IMG/VR virus record: IMGVR_UViG_2597489870_000002
Span: 1-44,053 of that record
Strand: one strand, 5' to 3'
Source: a virus
Taxonomy: Duplodnaviria > Heunggongvirae > Uroviricota > Caudoviricetes
DNA length: 44,053 nt
Shown here piece after piece: positions 27,701 through 35,655 of the stretch. The notes under the pieces are model-generated. The model was not told where the DNA came from. It searched no databases and was given only the letters and a program-made list of their open reading frames with translations. The position numbers and the translations under genes are program-made. The number at the start of each line of letters is the position of its first letter. Position 1 is the first letter of the stretch.

Positions 27701-29499
27701 GTTACTTTGGTCTTAACGCTGTTAACCAGAATCAGCAACTGGATGAAGCAGCGTCTAACCCAGCAGGATTTAATACCGATGTCGGCTTCTTCGATAACTC
27801 AGGTACCGCTGCGGTATCAGGTCTGTATTCTGGACTGGTTGCCAAACCTGACCAGCTTCTATGGGCTGGAATGGATAAGATCGTCTCGCCCATCGCGAAG
27901 TTCGTTAACGAAAATACTTCCATTAACGACACTTCTGCCGAGTACATTGCGGAACAGCGTAAGCTCGCAGAGCAACAGGTTAAACGCCTGACGCCTGACG
28001 CAGCAACAACAGGCACCGCTGGTCAGGTTCTTCATGGTCTGTTCGACATGGGCGGGCAGGCGGTCGTTGGTACACTGCTTTCTGGTCCTGCCGGCGGGGC
28101 TGCCGCCGTCACTGCGTTGCAGGGTTTCTCTGAGTTTGAACGCTTGACTGCTCAGGGAGTAGATTTCAGGACTGCTCAGGAAGCTGGTCTGGTGCAGGGT
28201 GTCACTGCTGGCGCTGGCACATTGATCCCTATGAGCCTAGGTCTACGCGCTGGTGGTGCGCTGGCAGAAAGTGTTGGCGCACAACTGGCGAGAACAGGTG
28301 AAAGTGCTGTGCGTAATGTTGCAGCTACTGCTGTTCGCGCCGCTCCAGACATCGCATATGCAGCCGGAACTAACATTGCCTTTGGCATGGCGCAGCGTGG
28401 TCTAACAGCAAAGACACTGCGTGATGGCGGTTATAACGAAATGGCGAATCAATATGATGTATTTGATCGCCAGTCTATCGCCATTGATGCTGTTCTTGGT
28501 GTGGCGTTTGGTGGTGTAGGTCGGTTCCTTAACGCCCGCGGTGAGAGCGCTGCAGCTCCTGAATTTTCCCCGGCTGAGGTGGATGCTGCGCTGGCGGCTA
28601 ATGCCTCACATCACGCTGAGATTGATGTAGCCCCTGGCGTTCCTGTTAATGTCCTGTCACGTGATGCGCATATCCAGGCACTACAGAAGGCTATGAATGA
28701 CGTAAGCCAGGGCCGTGCAGTTGATGTGACCAGCATTGCCGAACCAGCATCATTTAGTGATATTCCAGGTCGGAGAAACCTTATTTCTCAGGCTATCGAT
28801 GAAACCTTGTATCGTACTGAAGAGGGAAGCACACAAGTTGCGGTTGATACCAGAGCGCTGGAACAGCAAGCGGCTCAGGCTTTAGATGTTGAGCAAGTTA
28901 ATCAATTGCAGTCTGATATCACTGGCATCGAGAGATCCATTGAAACTCTCAACCAGGAGCGTGCTGGAGTGCTGAACGAACAACCATCTGGTAGCGGGAA
29001 AGAGTTGTCACGTGCACGTTCAGCGCGTCAGGAAAGACTGCGTGATATTGACCAGCGAATCAATGACGAGTCGGTCAGGCTACAGACTGCAAAAGATAAT
29101 CTGGCGGCGAATGTAGAGGGTGGCGTTAACTTCGAGGCGCGGGCAGAACTTGTACGGCGTCAGCAGGCAGAAAGCGATCTGAACGCACAGGCCATGTCAT
29201 TCTATAAAACAGCAGAAGTGCGCACTTCTGATGAAACAGCACCTTTTGAACCAAGCGCCGTATTGCGACAGGCAGAGCAAAGGCCAACGGCGGAACAGGC
29301 CGGGGATATGGATCTTCGTATCGCTGAAGATTCACTGGTTGAGTCTCCGGACATGATGATCACCGTCCTTGATGATGAAGGAAACCCGCAGTCGCGAAGC
29401 GCTCGGGAAGTGCTGGACGAAGCAAGCAGAGAGAACGAACAGGCAATACAGGATTCCAGCCTCTTTGATGTGGCTGTCTCGTGTTTCTTGAGAGGGTAA
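27697..29499 (+). CDS. Internal/ejection protein candidate
   Basis: 600 aa with an ATGA overlap. Gly/Ala-rich hydrophobic central segment. Confidence 0.6.
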   Translation: MSYFGLNAVNQNQQLDEAASNPAGFNTDVGFFDNSGTAAVSGLYSGLVAKPDQLLWAGMDKIVSPIAKFVNENTSINDTSAEYIAEQRKLAEQQVKRLTPDAATTGTAGQVLHGLFDMGGQAVVGTLLSGPAGGAAAVTALQGFSEFERLTAQGVDFRTAQEAGLVQGVTAGAGTLIPMSLGLRAGGALAESVGAQLARTGESAVRNVAATAVRAAPDIAYAAGTNIAFGMAQRGLTAKTLRDGGYNEMANQYDVFDRQSIAIDAVLGVAFGGVGRFLNARGESAAAPEFSPAEVDAALAANASHHAEIDVAPGVPVNVLSRDAHIQALQKAMNDVSQGRAVDVTSIAEPASFSDIPGRRNLISQAIDETLYRTEEGSTQVAVDTRALEQQAAQALDVEQVNQLQSDITGIERSIETLNQERAGVLNEQPSGSGKELSRARSARQERLRDIDQRINDESVRLQTAKDNLAANVEGGVNFEARAELVRRQQAESDLNAQAMSFYKTAEVRTSDETAPFEPSAVLRQAEQRPTAEQAGDMDLRIAEDSLVESPDMMITVLDDEGNPQSRSAREVLDEASRENEQAIQDSSLFDVAVSCFLRG

Positions 29500-29503
29500 T
29501 TTG

Positions 29504-31978
29504 ATGAGACAGGAATGTATTCAGGCAGTACAGCAGGCAGCTAAGCGCACACTGACAGCGCGCGAGATTCAGGATATTGAAGATCGTATCTACCGCAACA
29601 TGCGTTCACTTGCCAGAGATGACCCAGCGTCGTGGCGTCAGCTTACTGATGCTGAGAGATTACGCCGCGCCGGGCAACTGGCATCCGATGAACTTCAGCG
29701 AGAGGCTGCTCTCAAAAAACGCCGTGTCGCTTTGACCATTTCTGCCAGACAGCGCTTGGACAACTTCATTAACAACTATCAAGGCGCAGATGGAAAATTG
29801 GGTGCGCTCAATCGAACTATCGCTTTCAGTGCTGATGGTAAATCGAATTTTTTGTCTGTTGAGTCGCGTACGAAAGCTACCCGTGATTACGCATTAAGCC
29901 AGTTACAGGAGGCTTTCGAAGCTGTTGACCCTCGTTTCTTTGGCCTGTTTGAAGATGAAGCAGGCGTGCGCGATCTGGTGTTCGAGATGCGTGGGCAGAA
30001 TACCGGCAATGCTAAGGCCAGAAAAGGGGCGAAAGCGTGGGGAGAAGTTACTGAACTGCTGCGACGTCGGTTCAATGATGCTGGTGGTGATATCGGGTAC
30101 CTGGAAAACTGGGGTATTCCACAACATCACTCGATGGAAAAGGTTGGTGCAGTAACAAAGGATAAATGGGTCAGTGACGTGATCGGAAAACTTGACCGAA
30201 AATATTACACCCGCTCCGACGGTCAGTTGATGAGTGATTCTGAGCTTACTGCCTTTCTTGGCGAAGCATATAACACCATCGCCACTGGTGGGCTGAATAA
30301 GCTTACTGATACTGGAATGCGAATTTCCGGTGCACGTGCTAACCGTGGTAATGCATCACGACAGATACATTTCAAAGATGCAGATTCCTATCTGCAATAT
30401 CAGCAACTTTATGGCGATCGCTCTCTATGGGAAATCATGGTCGGTCACCTTGAAGGTATCAGTAAAGATATTGCACTGGTGGAAACATATGGCCCAAACC
30501 CCGATCATGTTTTCCGCTCTCTTCTTGATCAGGTGAAGGCAGAAACGGCAACAGCTAACCCGAGTAAAACCGGTAAAGTCGAGCGGCTGGCGAACAACAC
30601 AGAGAATCTGTACAACTTTATTTCCGGAAAGACACAGCCTGTAGCGAATCCGCACATCGCGCGATGGTCTGACAATATCCGCAACTGGCTGGTTGCCAGC
30701 AGACTCGGATCCGCGTTGCTGTCATCGTTCTCTGATCTTGGAACCATGTATCTGTCTGCGAAGGTTACCAACCTTCCAATGAACCAGTTATTCCGCAACC
30801 AGCTTGAAGCTATGGACCCAACGAACCGTACAGAACTTGCGCTGGCGCGCCGCGCTGGTCTGGCGATGGAATCTCTACTTGGCAGCGTTAACCGCTGGGC
30901 GATGGATAATATGGGGCCGTCTGTGTCTCGTTGGGCGGCAACGGCGGTAATGCGTGCCAGTGGGCTTACAGCATGGTCAGATGCGCACAAGCGCGCCTAT
31001 GGCGTAACTATGATGGGAAGCCTGGGAGAAGTAGTGTCACGGACACCAGACCTTCGTAGCCTCGATGACTCTGATTTTCGTATCCTTAAAAGCAAAGGGA
31101 TTACTGACACAGACTGGAGCGTATGGAAGCTGGCGCAACAGGAGGACTGGGGGAACGGTAATAATACGATGCTGACACCGGAAAGCATTATGCGTATCCC
31201 TGATTCAGCAGTTAAACATCTTGGTGAGCCTGAACGTGTGAAATTTGAGGCAATGCGTAAACTGCTCGGTGCCGTAACTGAAGAAGTTGATATGGCTGTT
31301 ATTACACCGGGCGCACGTGAACAGATGTTCGTAGGGTCTGGTCTTCAGCGTGGAACATGGAAAGGTGAATTAACGAGAAGTGTTTTCCTGTTTAAATCGT
31401 TCCCTATCTCGGTTGTTATGCGTCACTGGTCACGCGCTATGGGTATGCCGTCTGCTGGTGGGCGTGCAGCATATATAGCAACGTTTTTAGCAAGCACAAC
31501 CATGCTTGGTGCTCTTTCCATGCAGATTACTGATCTTATTAATGGGAGAAATCCAAAGGAAATGACCGGTGACCACATGGTTAAATTCTGGATAAATGCA
31601 TTTTTAAAAGGTGGTGGAGCTGGGTTGTACGGTGATTTTCTTTTCTCTGACCACACTAGGTACGGGAGCGGCGCGCTGGCGTCGATGCTTGGCCCGGTAG
31701 CTGGTCTGGTTGATGACGTAGTGAAGATAGCTCAGGGCATACCTCTAAATGCTGTGGAAGGGAAGAACGAGCAGACTGGTGGTGATCTGGTTAAGCTGGG
31801 GAAGGGTCTGATGCCAGGTGCGAATCTCTGGTACTTGAAGGCGGCTCTCGATCACATGATCTTTAACCAGATGCAGGAGTATTTTTCACCAGGCTATTTG
31901 CGTAAAATGGAGCAACGTTCGAAGAAAGAGTTTAATCAGACATACTGGTGGCGACCTCAGGATGTCACTCCGCAATAA
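29504..31978 (+). CDS. Large internal/ejection protein candidate
   Basis: About 824 aa with hydrophobic segments near the C-terminus. The last gene of the rightward structural block before the accessory island. Confidence 0.6.
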   Translation: MRQECIQAVQQAAKRTLTAREIQDIEDRIYRNMRSLARDDPASWRQLTDAERLRRAGQLASDELQREAALKKRRVALTISARQRLDNFINNYQGADGKLGALNRTIAFSADGKSNFLSVESRTKATRDYALSQLQEAFEAVDPRFFGLFEDEAGVRDLVFEMRGQNTGNAKARKGAKAWGEVTELLRRRFNDAGGDIGYLENWGIPQHHSMEKVGAVTKDKWVSDVIGKLDRKYYTRSDGQLMSDSELTAFLGEAYNTIATGGLNKLTDTGMRISGARANRGNASRQIHFKDADSYLQYQQLYGDRSLWEIMVGHLEGISKDIALVETYGPNPDHVFRSLLDQVKAETATANPSKTGKVERLANNTENLYNFISGKTQPVANPHIARWSDNIRNWLVASRLGSALLSSFSDLGTMYLSAKVTNLPMNQLFRNQLEAMDPTNRTELALARRAGLAMESLLGSVNRWAMDNMGPSVSRWAATAVMRASGLTAWSDAHKRAYGVTMMGSLGEVVSRTPDLRSLDDSDFRILKSKGITDTDWSVWKLAQQEDWGNGNNTMLTPESIMRIPDSAVKHLGEPERVKFEAMRKLLGAVTEEVDMAVITPGAREQMFVGSGLQRGTWKGELTRSVFLFKSFPISVVMRHWSRAMGMPSAGGRAAYIATFLASTTMLGALSMQITDLINGRNPKEMTGDHMVKFWINAFLKGGGAGLYGDFLFSDHTRYGSGALASMLGPVAGLVDDVVKIAQGIPLNAVEGKNEQTGGDLVKLGKGLMPGANLWYLKAALDHMIFNQMQEYFSPGYLRKMEQRSKKEFNQTYWWRPQDVTPQ

Positions 31979-31987
31979 GGAAGTGTT

Positions 31988-32161
31988 GTGTTTTTAATTA
32001 TTTTGAGTGTGATAATTTCTGGTGGGTTGTTATTTATTGACCGCTACAAATATTTTCTTAACCCTCAGACTCAAGCTATTTGCTGGTTCATCTTTGTTGT
32101 GCAGGGAATAGTTCTTGTTGCAAGCCTTATTGAGGGGAGGCCTCTGATTTTTACTGGGTAA
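31988..32161 (+). CDS. Candidate 57-aa two-TM membrane protein
   Basis: Hand translation gives VFLIILSVIISGGLLFIDRYKYFLNPQTQAICWFIFVVQGIVLVASLIEGRPLIFTG. GTG start after AAGGAAG. Below the track's size cut-off. Confidence 0.35.
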   Translation: MFLIILSVIISGGLLFIDRYKYFLNPQTQAICWFIFVVQGIVLVASLIEGRPLIFTG

Positions 32162-32173
32162 ATAGGTGACTAC

Positions 32174-32470
32174 ATGCAAGCGATAGGATTCATTGTTTAT
32201 ATCGTCGTTGGCCTTTTTCAGTTGGCAGCAATTATGGCTGGGCTTGAATCATGGTGGGGATTGCATTGGATAATTGCAGCCCCCATTGCTTTCATCGTGA
32301 GCTATATTCCATTTGTTGGAGCGATTGTTGGTATGGTTGGTGCTGTGGATGTATGGCGGTGGGAGTGGTGGCAGGCTGGCCTTCTCTTCTTTGGTGGGAT
32401 CATCTTTGCTATTGTCTGCGGTGGAATGTCATCATTTTTCGAATGGCTATCATTCAGAAAAAGAGTGTGA
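32174..32470 (+). CDS. 98-aa polytopic membrane protein (moron)
   Basis: Three to four hydrophobic segments and Trp-rich loops. Followed by a terminator. Confidence 0.65.
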   Translation: MQAIGFIVYIVVGLFQLAAIMAGLESWWGLHWIIAAPIAFIVSYIPFVGAIVGMVGAVDVWRWEWWQAGLLFFGGIIFAIVCGGMSSFFEWLSFRKRV

Positions 32471-32478
32471 CATGTCAC

Positions 32479-32503
32479 AGGCCGCTTTCGCGGCCTTGTT
32501 TTT
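32479..32503 (+). terminator. Rho-independent terminator
   Basis: AGGCCGC-TTTC-GCGGCCT followed by TGTTTTT. Directly preceded by the palindrome TGTGACATGTCACA (32466-32479). Confidence 0.8.
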
Positions 32504-32663
32504 AACGAATGCCACCGCCGCCCGGGCGGGAATCCGCAGAACGCCCACCGCAGCGGGAGCCGTCAGCGGCAGTATCGCTGTCGTGCTGACAACGACCGGC
32601 AAAGGCCTGAGTTGAAGCTACCAGAGACAACAAAACGAACAGTGCAGCAAATGCTTTTTTCAT
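32502..32663 (-). CDS. Small secreted peptide (signal peptide plus a 31-aa Cys/Gly/Arg-rich mature part)
   Basis: Internal ATG at 32663. The product is MKKAFAALFVLLSLVASTQAFA | GRCQHDSDTAADGSRCGGRSADSRPGGGGIR. Confidence 0.45.
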   Translation of the reverse strand: MKKAFAALFVLLSLVASTQAFAGRCQHDSDTAADGSRCGGRSADSRPGGGGIR

Positions 32664-32734
32664 TGTGAAATTTCCATCTATAAGCCACCTCAATGTGGCG
32701 TCAATGAGTGTAGCACTGACTTTTGTTTCGTCCA

Positions 32735-32758
32735 CAAAAAAGCCCGCGGCGCGGGCTT
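32735..32758 (-). terminator. Rho-independent terminator after the 125-aa gene
   Basis: AAGCCCGC-GGC-GCGGGCTT. An A-run on the plus strand gives a T-run on the minus strand. Confidence 0.7.
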
Positions 32759-33134
32759 AATTAACTTCGAGGATAATAGAATCTTTAGACTTGAATCCCA
32801 CTTTCCTCATGGCTGTAATGACGTTTTGGATAATCCACGTTTTCCCAAACTCTCTTTCGTGTACAATGGCGCAAGGAAAATGAAGGGCGCTTTTGTTGCA
32901 CTTTATGGTGAAAGTTGTACCTTCGGCAAAATCCAAAACAGTCTGCAGATGTGCAGATATAAACGATTTAAACACATCTTCAAGCTCAGCAAGAGTAATT
33001 GGCGGTTTGTTCCTCTCGTCGTTCAGGCGTTCATATGCTGCATGAAATGAAAAGTGAATTCTTGCCGCATCTTCTTGCAAGATCTCGTTAATCTCATCCT
33101 CAAGATCAATGAGTTGTTGTTCTGTTATAGACAT
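32757..33134 (-). CDS. Hypothetical 125-aa protein, second gene of a bicistronic moron
   Basis: AT-rich. Its start overlaps the upstream gene by 10 nt. The acidic N-terminal helix is followed by IHFSFHAAYERLNDER..ITLAELEDVF, which is loosely reminiscent of small toxin folds. Confidence 0.65.
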   Translation of the reverse strand: MSITEQQLIDLEDEINEILQEDAARIHFSFHAAYERLNDERNKPPITLAELEDVFKSFISAHLQTVLDFAEGTTFTIKCNKSALHFPCAIVHEREFGKTWIIQNVITAMRKVGFKSKDSIILEVN

Positions 33135-33343
33135 AGATAACGGGATGTCGCCTCACTTATTTTTTGATTTAATTCATCATCATTGGATGCGCGTACAGTA
33201 GCAACATGCTTACTTTGGCGTAGGGTCCCAATTCTGATATCAAATTCTTCATTATCGAAAGAGTCAACGAAAACAGCTTTACCAGTTTCTGGATGGTAAA
33301 AAGAGGCATAGTTTTGGTTGAGTTGCATATCAAATTTAAACAT
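33125..33343 (-). CDS. Hypothetical 72-aa protein, first gene of a bicistronic moron
   Basis: 72-aa ORF with the SD GGGAGGATG upstream. A palindrome operator lies about 120 nt upstream. Confidence 0.6.
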   Translation of the reverse strand: MFKFDMQLNQNYASFYHPETGKAVFVDSFDNEEFDIRIGTLRQSKHVATVRASNDDELNQKISEATSRYLCL

Positions 33344-33459
33344 ATCATCCTCCCATACGGGAACAGACGTGACTTACATACGGTGTGATTTTGACTAGTT
33401 AACTTTCTGCAGCAAAACCATCACGGTAACTACAAACTAAAATGTTACAAATCAACTTT

Positions 33460-33476
33460 CTTACCTTTGGGGTAAT
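33460..33476. promoter_or_regulatory. Palindrome operator upstream of the 72/125-aa operon
   Basis: CTTACCTTTGGGGTAAT. Confidence 0.5.
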
Positions 33477-33540
33477 AGTACGCTATTCACCTGCAATCTG
33501 TACAGAATTATTTAAAGGCACATCCCTGTGCCGCCGCCCG

Positions 33541-34233
33541 TCAGAAGAACCCTGCCTTGTCGTTGATGTACTCCGCGTGCGTCTGGATATCACGCAGGCA
33601 TTTGCTCACACCGACGATGTAGCAGAACATGGTGGTCAGTTCCGCCGCCGCGCCCGATACATCATGCCCGTCGTCCTGCAACTGGTTTAGCAGATTCATC
33701 AGCAGTGAGTTCTCCGTCAGGCCGAGAACACCAGACGGCGAGTGAATCAGGCTACGGTAGCCTGGCTTCAGTGGGGCACTGTAGGTTTTGTTCTCTATCT
33801 TCATTGCCTGCATCACTGCTGATGCTGTGGCGTTGGCTACCTGGTCGGCAACCATCTTTATGCGCTCTTCCTGCGGGAGCGAGTTTTTAATGTAGCTTCC
33901 GGTGCGGCGGATCTGAGGAAGAACCTCACCTGTAACCCATTCAAGAAATCTGAATGCTCTCGTTCCCTCAGTCATTGCCTCTTTGCAACGCAGAATAAGG
34001 ATGTAGAGACCTGATTCTGAAACGATGGATAGTTCTTGTATTCCACCAGGGGTCTGTATTGAATACAGCCCCTTTTTGTTCCAGCCTTTTTTATCAAGTT
34101 TTCTCGCTTGTGTAACATCAATATTCAAAGCATTGCACACATCTTTGGTGACAAACCAAGGTTCTCCGTCAATCATGAACATACGGATCTGGCAGGATGA
34201 CTCAAAGGAAAAGATGGAAGGTTTGGTATTCAT
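33541..34233 (-). CDS. Bro-N/KilA-N-type antirepressor
   Basis: ATG at 34233 (MNTKPSIFSFESSCQIRMFMIDGEPWFVTKDVCNALNI = BRO-N pattern). The C-terminal roughly 75 aa are paralogous to ORF 35379..35636. Confidence 0.75.
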   Translation of the reverse strand: MNTKPSIFSFESSCQIRMFMIDGEPWFVTKDVCNALNIDVTQARKLDKKGWNKKGLYSIQTPGGIQELSIVSESGLYILILRCKEAMTEGTRAFRFLEWVTGEVLPQIRRTGSYIKNSLPQEERIKMVADQVANATASAVMQAMKIENKTYSAPLKPGYRSLIHSPSGVLGLTENSLLMNLLNQLQDDGHDVSGAAAELTTMFCYIVGVSKCLRDIQTHAEYINDKAGFF

Positions 34234-34499
34234 GGCGATCACCTTTGTAGTTAGGTTAATCACCACCGCTGAGACCAATCAGATGGTGGTGAACTGTGCA
34301 GAGTTGGTCTTACCGGCTACAAAGGAACCCGGCGCACCTTTCGGTGCCCCCACACAGCCCACCATAGAATAGGTGCGCTTTACACATAAAAAAACCGCTT
34401 ATGCGGCGTATGTGCCTCTGTAGTAATCCGGGAGACCAATCCCGGCACTGGATTTTGCCAGTGCCTGATTACTATGGCACAAGAGGAGTGCGATGTAAA

Positions 34500-34609
34500 T
34501 TTACCGCAAAGGTAATGATAAGCGAGGAGAAATATCAAAATCAACCGTATTTGGTTGATGGAGTTTAACGCTTGATCACCTGAAAGCAAGATATTACCTT
34601 TAAGGTAAT
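34500..34609. promoter_or_regulatory. Two palindromes and an ATTTGGTT box in the ant / 242-aa divergent region
   Basis: TTTACCGCAAAGGTAAT (34500-34516). TCAACCGTATTTGGTTGA (34541-34558), an inverted repeat containing ATTTGGTT (34549-34556). Perfect ATTACCTTTAAGGTAAT (34593-34609). Confidence 0.55.
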
Positions 34610-34628
34610 GTTATTGTGAGGAAAAGCA

Positions 34629-35357
34629 ATGGAAGTTTTCTGGATAGTTGTTGGTGTGGTTGCGGTGATTATTTACGTTATCAACCAGAACAAGACTAAG
34701 ATCTCTGATCGTACGGTCGTTAATCAGAACAAAACGATAAAGACCGAAGATGGGGAGATAACGATTAATCGTACACAGGTGATAGACCGCACCTCCACTC
34801 AGTTTCACAAAGCTGGAGGTGATGCGCCTAATATTTCCGTACCTCCTGATTATGATAGTGCGGTAATCCAGACATATTATAAACAGCAGGAGTTAGCAAA
34901 AGAGAGGCAACTGATTCAGCCAAAGCCATTTACAGCAGAGCTGCCACCTGGTGTGTCAACGCGTCCGACATATCATGGAAGATTCCCTGGTGATGACATA
35001 TCGTCTCAGTCACCTAAAAAAGCACTTCAGGTAGTATCAGAGCCAGCAAGAATACCTTCTGTGTCGCCGCCAAAAGAAGAATCAGCTAACAGAGTTTCAA
35101 GTGGTAGCAAGCAGTGTTTGCGATGCAGAATAAACCTTCCATATGAAAAATTCAGGAAATCTTCAAAAAATCCAGATGGATTGACTAAGTGGTGTGCAAG
35201 GTGTCTCGATGGCCCAAAGAATACACGCCATATGAAGTGGTGCCCAATTTGTAATGTCCGCAGAAAACGAACCAGCTTTTACCCTAATAATCAAAATGCG
35301 GATGGCTTAATGGCATGGTGCAAAACGTGCTGGGACGAGCACAAAGCGAAACGATAG
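34629..35357 (+). CDS. Membrane-anchored protein with two C-terminal zinc-ribbon repeats
   Basis: 242 aa. N-terminal TM MEVFWIVVGVVAVIIYVI. Repeats CLRCRINLPYEKFRKSSKNPDGLTKWCARC and CPICNVRRKRTSFYPNNQNADGLMAWCKTC. Confidence 0.7.
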   Translation: MEVFWIVVGVVAVIIYVINQNKTKISDRTVVNQNKTIKTEDGEITINRTQVIDRTSTQFHKAGGDAPNISVPPDYDSAVIQTYYKQQELAKERQLIQPKPFTAELPPGVSTRPTYHGRFPGDDISSQSPKKALQVVSEPARIPSVSPPKEESANRVSSGSKQCLRCRINLPYEKFRKSSKNPDGLTKWCARCLDGPKNTRHMKWCPICNVRRKRTSFYPNNQNADGLMAWCKTCWDEHKAKR

Positions 35358-35380
35358 GCCGCTCTTGCGGCCTTTTCTTT
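35356..35380 (+). terminator. Rho-independent terminator
   Basis: AGGCCGC-TCTT-GCGGCCT followed by TTTCTTT. Confidence 0.8.
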
Positions 35381-35636
35381 ATGTGGTTTGTTTTCGTAAT
35401 TGTTCAGCACAATAGTCGAGATGTGTTTGCAGATCCTGCATAGACATCTGTGAGCTGGTGACGTAGTTAATCAGTGCAGTCAGTTCGGCAAGTGGGCCAT
35501 CGACATTAAATCCATCCTTATCGAGATCCCGGAGTAATTTCATCAAGTGCGATCCCTCCACCAGTGACCTGACGCCTCCCGGCGTGTGAATCCTTTCGGT
35601 AAATCCGTCTTCCAGTGGATAGTGATACTGCTGCAT
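35379..35636 (-). CDS. Small antirepressor-like protein, paralog of the Bro-N antirepressor C-terminal domain
   Basis: ATG at 35636 after GGGGAAGA (the track start is a TTG at 35654). About 40% identity by eye over about 77 aa: IHTPGGVRSLVEGSHLMKLLRDLDKDGFNVDGPLAELT..DLQTH versus IHSPSGVLGLTENSLLMNLLNQLQDDGHDVSGAAAELT..DIQTH. Confidence 0.7.
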   Translation of the reverse strand: MQQYHYPLEDGFTERIHTPGGVRSLVEGSHLMKLLRDLDKDGFNVDGPLAELTALINYVTSSQMSMQDLQTHLDYCAEQLRKQTT

Positions 35637-35655
35637 CTTATCTTCCCCATGCAAT

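Noticed and set aside
32466-32479. TGTGACATGTCACA as a CRP site
   Set aside because: CRP needs TGTGA-N6-TCACA. The spacer here is 4 bp (3 bp or less in the 12504 variant), so a canonical CRP site is unlikely.
34380-34808. Minus-strand ORFs 34380..34589 (69 aa) and 34611..34808 (65 aa)
   Set aside because: The first covers the hairpin- and operator-rich intergenic region. The second is antisense to the start of the 242-aa gene. Neither has an SD or a plausible composition.
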